A stretch of DNA of 64,000 nucleotides, taken from assembly GCA_965218295.1 (NCBI GenBank), contig CBDCKN010000015.1:160001-224000 (forward strand). Reading direction: 5' to 3'. The position numbers were made by a program, and so were the translations under genes. Under the pieces are notes generated by a model that worked only from the letters and a program-made list of their open reading frames with translations, was not told where the DNA came from and searched no databases. Source of the stretch: Longimicrobiales bacterium (GTDB taxonomy: Bacteria > Gemmatimonadota > Gemmatimonadetes > Longimicrobiales > Gaopeijiaceae). How positions within the stretch are numbered: position 1 is the first letter of the stretch; each line of letters starts with the position of its first letter. Below are positions 31,853-41,525 of the stretch, one piece after another.

Positions 31853-33133
31853 ATGTCGAGTCGCGCCGCTGTCATAGCCGGATGTCGCACCCCGTTCGCC
31901 CGATCCGGATCCGAGTTGAAGGACATGACCGCCATCGAGCTGGGGACTCTGGCCGTCCGGGAGCTCATGGACCGGAGCGGGATCCCCGGGGAGGAGGTGG
32001 ACCACCTCGTGTACGGCACGGTCGTCCACAATACCCACGCCCCGAACATCGCGCGGGAGGTGGGGCTGGCCACCCTGCCCAAGACCGTGCCGGCGGTGAC
32101 GGTCTCCCGGGCCTGCGCCTCGTCCAACCAGGCCATCGCCGACGGGGTGAACCTCATTGAGCGAGGCTACGCCGATGTGGTGGTGGCAGGGGGCGCCGAG
32201 TCGCTGTCGCAGATCCCGATCACCATCAAGCAGTCCCTGTCGGAGACCCTCATCGCGGTCTCGAAGGCCAAGAGCGTGAAGGCCCGCCTGGCGCGGCTCG
32301 CCAGGATCCGGCCCAAGGACCTCATCCCCAACTTCCCACAGATCGCAGAGCCCACCACGGGCGAGAGCATGGGCGAGTCGGCGGAGCGGATGGCCAAAGA
32401 GAACGGCATCTCCAGGGGGGACCAGGACGCCTGGGCACTCCGGTCCCATCAGCTTGCCGCGGCGGGGACGGAGGACGGCAGGCTGCGGGCGGAGATCGCC
32501 CCGCTCTACGTCCCGCCACACTTCGAGACCGTGCTGGAAACCGACAACGGCATCCGGACCGACAGCAGTGGCGAAGCGTTGGCCAAGCTGCGGCCCGCCT
32601 TCGATCGTAGGCACGGGAGCGTCACTGCGGGAAACGCCTCGCCCCTCACCGACGGAGGCTCGGCCGTAATGCTCATGTCGGAGGAGCGGGCCAGGGCCGA
32701 CGGCGTAGAGATCATGGGCTATGTGAGAAGCTACGCCTTCTCCGGCCTGGATCCGCGGGGCCAGCTACTCCAGGGACCTGCGTACGCAGCGCCCATCGCC
32801 CTGGACCGGGCGGGAGTCACCATGGCGGACATCGACCTCATGGAGATGCACGAGGCCTTCGCGTCACAGGTGCTCTCCAACCTCCAAGCGCTATCGTCCA
32901 AGAAGTTCGCCGAAGAGGAGCTGGGACGGCGCGAGGCGGTGGGTCACCCGGACGTGGACGTCATCAACGTCATGGGCGGCTCCATCGCCATCGGACACCC
33001 GTTCGGTGCCACCGGCGCCCGGGTCACCACAACCCTCCTCAACGAGATGCAGCGCCGGGACGCCGAGCTGGGGCTCATCACGGTGTGCGCCGCGGGGGCG
33101 CTGGGGTTCGCGATGGTGGTGGAGCGGGGGTAG
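31853..33133 (+). CDS. fadI: Acetyl-CoA C-acyltransferase (FadI-type thiolase)
   Basis: VSRACASS, HEAFA, GHPFGATG and CAAG. Confidence 0.9.
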   Translation: MSSRAAVIAGCRTPFARSGSELKDMTAIELGTLAVRELMDRSGIPGEEVDHLVYGTVVHNTHAPNIAREVGLATLPKTVPAVTVSRACASSNQAIADGVNLIERGYADVVVAGGAESLSQIPITIKQSLSETLIAVSKAKSVKARLARLARIRPKDLIPNFPQIAEPTTGESMGESAERMAKENGISRGDQDAWALRSHQLAAAGTEDGRLRAEIAPLYVPPHFETVLETDNGIRTDSSGEALAKLRPAFDRRHGSVTAGNASPLTDGGSAVMLMSEERARADGVEIMGYVRSYAFSGLDPRGQLLQGPAYAAPIALDRAGVTMADIDLMEMHEAFASQVLSNLQALSSKKFAEEELGRREAVGHPDVDVINVMGGSIAIGHPFGATGARVTTTLLNEMQRRDAELGLITVCAAGALGFAMVVERG

Positions 33134-33155
33134 GACGGCTCGAACGCTGGGGAGG

Positions 33156-33629
33156 TCAGCCGGCGGCCTGAACCGTGGCCATGATCTCCTCGAAGTCGGG
33201 CATGATCCCGACGTGCTCGCCCTCCCAGGCGTAGATGATGATCCCCGACCGGTCGATGATGTACACGACCCGCCGGGTGACGCCATTCATGCCCATCAAC
33301 TCGTCGAAGAGGGCGTCGTACGCGGCCGATACGTCCTTGTTGAAGTCCGACGCGATGGGGAAGGTGGCCCCGCATTCCGCCGCGAACTTCTGGTTGACCC
33401 AGGGCGAGTCGATGCTGATACCGATCACCTCGGCGTCGAGGGCCTCCCAGGCTGAGTAGTTCTCCGCCACCGCGCACATCTGTGCAGTGCAGGTCGAGGA
33501 GAACGCGAGGGGAAAGAACATGAGGACCACGCTACGCTCGCCCTCGTAATCGGCGAGGCGCAGGAGACCCTCCTTCGGCTTCACGGGCAGCGCGAAGTCG
33601 GGGGCGGGCGTGCCGACGGAGAGGGGCAT
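33156..33629 (-). CDS. Peroxiredoxin (AhpE/BCP-like redoxin)
   Basis: APDF, FFPLAFSSTCT, GISID and SDFNK. Confidence 0.88.
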   Translation of the reverse strand: MPLSVGTPAPDFALPVKPKEGLLRLADYEGERSVVLMFFPLAFSSTCTAQMCAVAENYSAWEALDAEVIGISIDSPWVNQKFAAECGATFPIASDFNKDVSAAYDALFDELMGMNGVTRRVVYIIDRSGIIIYAWEGEHVGIMPDFEEIMATVQAAG

Positions 33630-33631
33630 GC

Positions 33632-34123
33632 CTAGGACCTCAGCTCGAGATGGAGGCTTTCGCGGTGCTCGCGCCGGAGCTTGCCCTCCTGGAAGCGCTG
33701 TCGCTCCTCGTCGGTGGTGAGCTCCAGCGGCGGCACAGGAGCGGGCCGACTGTTCTCGTCGATGGCCACGAAGGTCAAGAAGCAGTCGTTGGTGTGACGC
33801 CGGGTCCTACTGATGGGATGCTCGGCGATCACCTTGACCCCTATCTCCATGGACGTGCGCCCCACGTAGTTCACCCGCGCCGTGCAGATGACGAGCTCGC
33901 CGGCATAGATGGGCTCCCGAAAATCCACCTGGTTGATGGACACGGTTACGCTCGGCTGCCCGGCATGCCGCATGGCCGCCACCGCGGCCGCACGGTCGAT
34001 CATGGAGAGCAGCACTCCTCCGAACACGTGACCGAGGTTGTTCACATGCCCGGGCATCATCAGCTCGGTGATCTCGGAGGTGGAGGCCTCGGGGTGGCGC
34101 GGTGTCAGGTCTTGGTCAGTCAT
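33632..34123 (-). CDS. Acyl-CoA thioesterase (hotdog fold)
   Basis: NNLGHVFGG, GRTSMEI and TFVAID. Confidence 0.9.
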   Translation of the reverse strand: MTDQDLTPRHPEASTSEITELMMPGHVNNLGHVFGGVLLSMIDRAAAVAAMRHAGQPSVTVSINQVDFREPIYAGELVICTARVNYVGRTSMEIGVKVIAEHPISRTRRHTNDCFLTFVAIDENSRPAPVPPLELTTDEERQRFQEGKLRREHRESLHLELRS

Positions 34124-34145
34124 GGGATGGTCGGCCCTCGAGCGG

Positions 34146-34637
34146 TTAGTGGCTTGGCCCCTGATCGTCGGCGGACGGGCCGTAGATCGCTGGAACTCTG
34201 CTCCCCATCGGTCGCAGATACATGCTGAGCTGTCCGCGATGATGTACCGAGTCCAGGAGCATGATCCAGGCCAGCTGCATCCGCGGCGCCTCCATGATCA
34301 CGTCCTCCCCGACGAAGAACTTCGCCGGGCTCATCCAGGTCTCCTCGTCCATACGGCCGAGTCGTTCTATCACCTCCCCGAACGTCTGGTCCAGTGTCGC
34401 AACCGCGTCCTCGACGGTTTCGAAGGGCACCTGGTTTCGATGATGGATCACGCCGTCGTCGAGAAGCTCGATCAGGTCCTGGTTGTGCCCGATCAAGTGT
34501 TCGATGATATCCGTGGCGCAGCGGGCTTTGGGGTCGGGGCGGTGCCCTCGGCCCTCCTCGGGGACCGCGCTTACGACATTGCGAAAGAGTCCGCGCTCGT
34601 GCCCCAGGATCCCTTGCAGAAATGCGGGCGTGCTCAT
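34146..34637 (-). CDS. DinB family protein
   Basis: HHRGQLSMYLRPMG...VPAIYGPSAD. Confidence 0.88.
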   Translation of the reverse strand: MSTPAFLQGILGHERGLFRNVVSAVPEEGRGHRPDPKARCATDIIEHLIGHNQDLIELLDDGVIHHRNQVPFETVEDAVATLDQTFGEVIERLGRMDEETWMSPAKFFVGEDVIMEAPRMQLAWIMLLDSVHHRGQLSMYLRPMGSRVPAIYGPSADDQGPSH

Positions 34638-34944
34638 GGAGATTCTCCTTATCGAAAAAAGAGGCGAGGGGGCTCGGACGCTACCGAGCGGTCACCCACC
34701 GCCAGACGGTTCCCCTCTGGACATACGTCAAGTCGGCTGAGGATCAGACCGAGGTCAACATCCTTCTATGGGGCTGGATGTCAAGCAATACTCCCTCAAT
34801 ACGCCGTCCGCCACCCCGCGCGACATTCGCACAACGAAGGATCCGCGGATCGGGAACTCGGCCCACACCCCTTACCGGATCGGGAGCATCAGATGGGCTG
34901 CTTCTCCTTCCCCGATAGCGAGGGTATCACGCCAATAGCGTCGG

Positions 34945-35604
34945 TCATCGGACCCTCACCCACCTATTGAGGGCCTGCAGGTAATTCATGACTTCCAGGT
35001 TCTCACTGCCGATATCCAGAGCCGCAATGGCACTCCGTATCGCTGACCTCGCCGCCTCGTCCGCTAGCTCACCCCCAGCGCCAGCCGAGCTCTCCAGCCC
35101 GAGACACGTGATCTCTTCCGGCGATGAGATCTCGGTCAACTCCACCCTTACGTGGCCGGCCCGGCCACTCCAGAACTTGGTAACTCGTGCCTTCGTGACC
35201 GTGACGACTCGAATGTTCGAGTCGCTCCTTCTCAGAGTATCGAGGGTCAGATCGCGGTCGAGGGGCTCCTCAGGGAACGGCGGCAGGATAATGCTCACGT
35301 CGGCGAATTCGCGTCCGAGGCTCTCCCACGCTTCCGTACTCAAAGGAAAGTCGTAGATCTCGCTGGGATCTTCGTGCCACTCCTCCAGGTCACCGGTCGT
35401 GCCTCCCGGCCGTTTGAACTTCAGCCCATCCTGGCCTCCCGTCCCACGTCGGAGCTTCAGATTGATGGGGAGATCCGGTACCCAGATGTACTCGTCCACG
35501 ATGCTCTGGGACGGGAAGAGGTCCTCGAGGGACTCGAAGCGCCCTCGAAATGCATCGGAGAGAATTCCGAAGCCCCGCCATTCCCAATGCGTTCCCAGAG
35601 CCAT
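34945..35604 (-). CDS. Hypothetical protein, possibly CYTH-like
   Basis: 219-aa ORF with N-terminal WEWRGFG, K/R strands and C-terminal NY; lower-GC codon usage. Confidence 0.55.
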   Translation of the reverse strand: MALGTHWEWRGFGILSDAFRGRFESLEDLFPSQSIVDEYIWVPDLPINLKLRRGTGGQDGLKFKRPGGTTGDLEEWHEDPSEIYDFPLSTEAWESLGREFADVSIILPPFPEEPLDRDLTLDTLRRSDSNIRVVTVTKARVTKFWSGRAGHVRVELTEISSPEEITCLGLESSAGAGGELADEAARSAIRSAIAALDIGSENLEVMNYLQALNRWVRVR

Positions 35605-35610
35605 CGCGAC

Positions 35611-36331
35611 CTAGAGTTCCCGACGTGACGTCCATGAAGATCGGCCGCAGCCTCCGCGGCCCTCCCACCAGGGAGCCTCGGGAAGCGGCACCCGGATCCG
35701 AGTGACGATCTCCCCCGGCTCCCGGCTGGTGTTCCAGATGCCGTCGGCGACGAAGAAGTCCCTCACCAGCACCGTTCGGTCCCCGGCGGGACCCGAAATG
35801 TCCACCTGAGCGCCGAGGGTCATCAGGACCGGCGGCGTGTCGGCGGAGTGGGCGGCCACACACTTCTTCCCCACCCTAGTGACATGACAGATATCCCCGT
35901 CCTTCTTGAGGCAGAATCCCAGCGCCTGCCTCCAGAAGAAGTGGGACTGGTTGTAATACGTGCAGCGGGTGTCGAGGCAGAGGTTGCCCGCCCAGGGTGC
36001 CGGAGTTCCTGAGCTGGGGCCCAGCGACGTGTCCCGCAGCCTCTGCTAACGCCGTAAAGTGAAGTCGGACTGAAGGATGCAGCCATACGTCTGTGAGCGT
36101 CTCGGCGGCGCCGATGACCAGCTCCCGGTCCTCCTCACGGATCCCCTTGAGCTCTCCGATGCCCTTCAGGGCCACCAGATGCGCCGGCGTGAAGAGCCGG
36201 TGCTTCATGTTGGGGATCAGGTCTGTCCCACCGGATACCGGGATGGCGGTCTCGGCATACTCCGCCAGCAGCGACACGGCGTCCTGCACCGTGTCGGGCC
36301 GGTGATATCGGAATGGAGGGAGTCGCAGCAT
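35611..36331 (-). pseudogene. hcrB: 4-hydroxybenzoyl-CoA reductase beta-like FAD subunit, frameshifted and C-terminally truncated
   Basis: MLRLPPFRY, SGGTDLIPNMK; extra base at 35987-35989; corrected frame reads GTLGGNLCLDTRC...C...C...C ([4Fe-4S] insertion typical of HcrB); recognisable sequence stops after RVPLPEAP. Confidence 0.8.
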
Positions 36332-36345
36332 ACGTGATGGCGCCT

Positions 36346-36438
36346 CTAGTGTCCCGTTACCAAAGTATCTCGGCCAGTCGAGGGCACGGTGCACCCGACC
36401 CTCTTGGTGGCTCGCGAACTTCGGAAACGGAACACTAG
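36346..36438. mobile_element. 93-bp MITE-like element bounded by CTAG, with 21-bp imperfect terminal inverted repeats
   Basis: Ends CTAGTGTCCCGTTACCAAAGT and CTAGTGTTCCGTTTCCGAAGT (3 mismatches); one end recurs at 39873 and 51667. Confidence 0.8.
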
Positions 36439-37463
36439 GGATCCAGGGGCCGGGCGACCATGATGCCGTCCTGCCCTCCGATGCGCTGAATGCGGTTCGC
36501 CAGGGACACCTCGCTCACCTGGACCACCCCACCTACGAGGGGAGCGTGCAGCAGGTGCAGCTGCCCATCCCTCCACAGGGCGATCCCCGTATGGGCGATG
36601 TCCAGCCCGGCCACCGTGCTCGTGGCGGCGATGATGTCCCCGTCCCGGATCCGGTCGGCGACCTCTGCGATCCGGTCCTCGGGAATGTAGTGGCGGGGCT
36701 CGCTGCCGAGGCGGGCCTCGATCTCCTGCAGAGCGGGCAGGAATGCCGGATCTTCACCGAGCTGCCGGTACGCGTCCGGATGGGTGGTCATGAAGTCGAT
36801 GGGCTCGTGGTCGGCCACCCCTCCGAGCTCCTGCGAGAGGTCCTGGACCAGACCCATGGCGTCCTTGTCGGTGATCCACTCGCTGAAGTAGTGGAGCCTG
36901 CTGGGATACCCGTCGAGATTCCCGTCCCGGTACCGGATGTTCTGGAGGATGCCGGAGTAGAAGGGCCGGTGCCGGCCCATCTGGTCGTCCAGCATGGCCT
37001 CGGGGACGCTCCGGACGAAGCGGGCCAGTGCCAATACGTTCTCCACGAAGGTCACGCAGTCGAGCTCCTCGAGCTCGATGACCAGCCCCTCCTCCCCCTC
37101 CACCTCCAGCGTGTGCGGGGCATAGGGGGTCCCCACGAACCTCTCGCCGATGCGTGCCACGAGCTGGCCGATGGGCAAGGTGTCGAGACCGTTCTGGTAG
37201 GCCCAACGGGCCTGCTCCCGCATAATCCCCCAGTCCTCGTTGGTGCCCGGGAGGGTGGTGGGGCCGGGATGGGCCGAGACGTCGGCACCTGCCTCGACGG
37301 TCGAGGTCTCTCCGGCCGCCTGCCGGTCCACATGGCGGCCCCCCGCCTCGCCCGCCTCACCTGCCTCGCCCGCACAGCCCGCCAAGGCCCCCGCCATAGC
37401 CCCCAGCGCGAACAGGCACCACAAAAAGCCGATCGTCCTGGGGAGCGGGACGTGGTTCATCAT
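36435..37463 (-). CDS. DUF1460 / NlpC-P60-like N-acetylmuramoyl-L-alanine amidase, lipoprotein
   Basis: Lipobox LAGC; GTPY, LDCVTFVE, RLHYFSEW and LDIAHTG. Confidence 0.85.
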   Translation of the reverse strand: MMNHVPLPRTIGFLWCLFALGAMAGALAGCAGEAGEAGEAGGRHVDRQAAGETSTVEAGADVSAHPGPTTLPGTNEDWGIMREQARWAYQNGLDTLPIGQLVARIGERFVGTPYAPHTLEVEGEEGLVIELEELDCVTFVENVLALARFVRSVPEAMLDDQMGRHRPFYSGILQNIRYRDGNLDGYPSRLHYFSEWITDKDAMGLVQDLSQELGGVADHEPIDFMTTHPDAYRQLGEDPAFLPALQEIEARLGSEPRHYIPEDRIAEVADRIRDGDIIAATSTVAGLDIAHTGIALWRDGQLHLLHAPLVGGVVQVSEVSLANRIQRIGGQDGIMVARPLDP

Positions 37464-37466
37464 CCC

Positions 37467-39870
37467 TCAGTCCGCCGGCATGGCCGCGTCATGGACTCGG
37501 CGGGCATCCGCTTCGGGCTCTCCAAACGCGCCGGCTTCACGGGCCTGTTCCAGAACCCGCCACACTCGTGGCGGACTGAAGGGGAGCGAGTCCATGCGGA
37601 TCCCAACCGCGTCGTAGATAGCGTTGGCAATGGCCGGGATCGAGGGATGGAGCGGGCCTTCACCGGCCTCCTTGGCACCATAGGGGCCCTCGGGATCGAT
37701 GGACTCCACGATGAGGGACTCGAGCTCGGGGGTGTCGAGGCTGGTGGGGATCTTGTAGTCCAAGAGCGAGGGGGCGTCGTGGAGGCCCGCCCGCCCGTGG
37801 TCCGCGTCCTTGAAGATCTGTTCCTCCATGAGGGCCTCGGCGAAGCCCATATAGGCCGAACCCTCCATCTGCCCCTCTACCAGAACAGGGTTGAGGGCAC
37901 GGCCGCAGTCGTGTGCCACCCAGATCTTCCGGACGTCCACGAAGCCGGTCTCCACGTCCACCTCGACCTCCGCCACATGGGCCGTGAACGAGTACGCCGG
38001 CGACGCGCCGATCGTCCCGCCACGGTACTCCCCATGGACGTCCTTGGGCGTGTTGTACGAGCCGGTGGCGCCCAGCGCCCCGAACTTGGCCTCGGCCAGG
38101 TTGAAGGCCTCCCGGATCGGCATCTTCCGCTCGGTGTCGGCCGCGAAGAGGGCCCACCCTCCGGCCAACAGCACCTCGCCCGGCTTGCATTCCCACGCTT
38201 CGGCCACCGCCTCCTGGACCATCTTCTTGAGCTTCCGCGCGCCGTCGATGGTGGCGTTCCCCAGCATGAAGGTCACGCGTGACGAGTAGGCGCCCAGATC
38301 CACCGGTGTGAAATCCGTATCGCCGCGGTACACGCGCATGTAGTCCAGGGGCACGCCAAGCTCCTCGGCAGCGATGTACGCAACCACCGAGTCACAGCCC
38401 TGGCCGATCTCGCTGGCCCCGCTGAAGACCGCCACTCTGCCCGACCGGTCGATCTGGAGCTGGACCGCGGACTGGGGCATCTCGTTGGGATAGATCGGGT
38501 AGTTCGTGCCCGAGATGTACGTGGACCCGGCCACGCCCAGCCCACGCCCGAACGGCAGCTGTCCGTAGCGGGCTTTCCAGTCCGAGGCCCGCTCCACGGA
38601 GTCCAGGCACTCCAGGAATCCGTTGGACGTCACCCGGAGCTCGTTCACCGTCCAGGTGTTCTCCCCGATGGAGTTCTTCCGCCGAAGCTCGATGGGGTCC
38701 ATCCCGAGACGCTCGGCCAGCTTGTCGAGCTGCACCTCGAAGGCGAAGCGGGGCTGGACGGAGCCGTGCCCCCGCTTGGGTCCGCAGGCGGGCTTGTTGG
38801 TGTACACCCGCGTGGAGTCGAAGCGGTAGGCGGGCATGTGGTAGGGCGCCGTGAGGGAGCTGGCCCGAGTAGTAGGTGGTGACCAGCCCGAAGGACGCGT
38901 ACGCCCCGCCGTCCAGGAGGATCTCGGCGTCCACGGACTCGAGCTTGCCGTCCAGGGTGGCGCCGGTGCGGTACCGCATGTGGAAGGGATGCCGACCCCG
39001 GTGGGCGTAGAAGACCTCCTCTCGCGTGTAGAGGATCTTCACGGGCCGCCCTGTGATCATGGCGAGCTTGGCGACGCAGAACTCGAGATCGAAGGGCTCC
39101 GACTTGCCGCCGAACGCGCCTCCCACGGTGGGCTGCACCACGCGGACCCTGGCCACGTCCACGTCCAGGACCCGGGCCAGCTCCCGGTGCAGATAGTGGG
39201 GGACCTGGGTGGCCGACCACACCGTCAGCTTCCCGCTCCCCTCGTACTGGCCGATGGCACAGTGGGGCTCGATGGGTGTGTGGGTCGAGCCCTCGAAGAA
39301 GTACTCGCCCTCCACGACCACGTCCGAGGAGTCCATGAGCTCGTCCACGGCTCCGAACTCCAGCTTTACAGTCTTGGTGATGTTGCCGTTCCGCCCCTCC
39401 TTCTTCGGCTCGTGGATGAAGGGGCCGTCGGTCGCCTCCAGGGCCTCGCGCGGATCGAGGTACGCTTGGAGCTCCTCGTACTCTACACGGATCGCCTCGA
39501 GGGCACGGATCGCCGTGTCCTCGTCCACCGCGGCCACCGCCGCCACCCCGTCTCCGATGTAGCGTACCCGCTCGACGCAGAGGGGCGACTCTTCTGGAGT
39601 CCACGGGATGATGCCGTACTTCACCGGCATGTCTCGGCCGGTGATCACCGCGTGGACTCCCTCCATGGCCAGCGCCTCGCCGGCGTCGATGGAGAGGATG
39701 CGGGCGTGGGGATGTGGGCTCCTGAGGATCTTCCCGTGGAGCATGCCCGGAAAGACCAGGTCGTCAGTGAACTGCGCCTGCCCCGTGGACTTCTCCAGGC
39801 CGTCGACCTTCCTGAGTCGTGATCCAATTAACGTGAAGTCGGACTGAGACTTAGAGTATTCGGACGACAT
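37467..39870 (-). CDS. hcrA: Xanthine dehydrogenase-family molybdopterin subunit (HcrA-like); one frameshift at 38855-38857
   Basis: RSPHPHARI, GGAFGGK, RGHG, GAYSSR, HDCGRALNP and GAKEAGEG; deleting one C restores SGQLLTAPYHMPAYRFD. Confidence 0.82.
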
Positions 39871-39872
39871 CC

Positions 39873-39910
39873 CTAGTGTTCCGTTTCCGAAGTTCGCGAG
39901 CCACCAAGAG
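39873..39910. repeat. 38-bp solo end of the 36346 element
   Basis: CTAGTGTTCCGTTTCCGAAGTTCGCGAGCCACCAAGAG, identical to 36401-36438 (reverse complement) and 51667-51704. Confidence 0.9.
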
Positions 39911-40391
39911 AGGTCTCCCCGAGTCGCGCCGCCGCCGCCTCGATGGCGTCGTAGATTTGCGTGTAGCCCGTGCACCGGCAGAGATTTCCGGAAAGGGCTT
40001 CCCGGATCTCGTCACGGCTGGGCTCGGTGGTGCGTTCCAGAAGTGCGGCCGCAGAGCACAGGATGCCCGGCGTGCAGAAGCCGCATTGGGCGGCCCCGCT
40101 CAGGTCGAACTCGTCCTGAAGCGGATGGGGGCCCTCCGCGGTGGCCAGCCCCTCTACGGTGGTGACCTCACACCCTTCGGCCTCCCAGACGGGGGTGATG
40201 CACGCCAGGGTGGGGACGGAGTCGACAAGGACGGTGCATGCCCCGCAATCGCCCTTGTCGCAACCCTGCTTGGAGCCCGTGAGTCCGAGGGAGTACCGGA
40301 GCGTCTCCAGGAGCGTGAAGTGGCTGGGAACGCCGGTCTCATAAACGTCCCCGTTCACCTTCAGGCGAACGATCTCGGTGGTTGTAGACAC
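39873..40391 (-). CDS. hcrC: (2Fe-2S)-binding subunit (HcrC/CoxS-like)
   Basis: GCDKGDCGACTV, QCGFCTPG and GNLCRCTGY; start uncertain (GTG 40391 or 40472). Confidence 0.88.
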   Translation of the reverse strand: MSTTTEIVRLKVNGDVYETGVPSHFTLLETLRYSLGLTGSKQGCDKGDCGACTVLVDSVPTLACITPVWEAEGCEVTTVEGLATAEGPHPLQDEFDLSGAAQCGFCTPGILCSAAALLERTTEPSRDEIREALSGNLCRCTGYTQIYDAIEAAAARLGETSLGGSRTSETEH

Positions 40392-40589
40392 GCTGGACGC
40401 TGGCTCCCCCGGCGAGCTCCCGTAGGAATCGACTCCACGGTAAGACGGGTGTGGGTGCGGGATTGCAGGCACGAAATAAAGGTGACGGGTCGGCTATGGG
40501 CGAGCAACCCGGAACGGGTGCACTTTCCGGAGACTGGGGGGTATGCCTGGCCCAATCGAGAATTCCGGCACCCACAGGAGTCACAGGAA

Positions 40590-41006
40590 ATGCCCTATCC
40601 CGAGATGATGGTTGTGCCGATGCGCGAGGACCTTGCACGCGTCGGCTTCAAGGAGCTCCGGACAGCCGAGGACGTCGACCAGGTTCTGGGTACCGAGAAA
40701 CGAACGACGATGGTAGCCGTCAATTCGGTTTGCGGCTGTGCCGCCGGGGCCATGAGACCCGCCGTGGTCCTGTCCCTGTCCAACGACAACGTTCCCGAGG
40801 TCCTCACCACCGTGTTCGCGGGGCAGGATCTAGAGGCGACGGACCGCGCGCGTGAGTACTTCACGGGCTATCCCGCGTCCTCCCCCTCCATCGCCCTGCT
40901 GAAGGACGGCGAGCTCGTTTACATGATGGAGCGCCATGAGATCGAGGGGCGGCATCACTTCGAGATCGCCGAGAGCCTCAAGGCGGCGTACGACCAGCAC
41001 TGCTAG
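40590..41006 (+). CDS. BrxA/BrxB family bacilliredoxin
   Basis: MPYPEMMV.PMREDL, NSVCGCAAG, TVFAGQD and SSPSIAL. Confidence 0.92.
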   Translation: MPYPEMMVVPMREDLARVGFKELRTAEDVDQVLGTEKRTTMVAVNSVCGCAAGAMRPAVVLSLSNDNVPEVLTTVFAGQDLEATDRAREYFTGYPASSPSIALLKDGELVYMMERHEIEGRHHFEIAESLKAAYDQHC

Positions 41007-41080
41007 ACCCCCCGCGGGGACTCACAACCAGACGACAACGGCGGATGCGGCCGCCAGGGACTTCGCCCTGGCGGCTTCGT

Positions 41081-41497
41081 CTATCCCGCTACCCGTGACC
41101 TGCGTCGTGCCCGAAGGAGCCCGTCGAGGCTGAATGCCCCAGCGCCGTTCGCCGCGAAGAAGAGGTAGGTCCAGCAGTAGAGCGCGGACAGCTCCCCCCG
41201 GTTCATGATGGGCCACAGATCCCGCGGCATGTGGACCCTGAAGTAGGCGATCGCCATCTCGCCGGCCAGAATGAACGCCACCGGCCGGGTGAACAGACCA
41301 AGAATGATCAGGACCCCACCGATGCTCTCGATGACGCCGGCAGCTCCGAGCCATGACATAAGCTCCACCGGCTCGTCCCGACCGAGTATCCCGAAGAGCT
41401 TCTGGAGGCCGTGAAGCCAGAAGAGGAAGCCCACCACGATCCGCATGGCGTTGTGGGTGAAGTGGGCCACGCCCGTGCGCGCGCCTTCATTCTCCAT
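41081..41497 (-). CDS. DoxX family membrane protein
   Basis: RIVVGFLFWLHGLQKLFG, GLFTRPVA and GAGAFSLD. Confidence 0.88.
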   Translation of the reverse strand: MENEGARTGVAHFTHNAMRIVVGFLFWLHGLQKLFGILGRDEPVELMSWLGAAGVIESIGGVLIILGLFTRPVAFILAGEMAIAYFRVHMPRDLWPIMNRGELSALYCWTYLFFAANGAGAFSLDGLLRARRRSRVAG

Positions 41498-41525
41498 TGT
41501 TGTCCTCCTGGTTGGTTGGGCGTGG

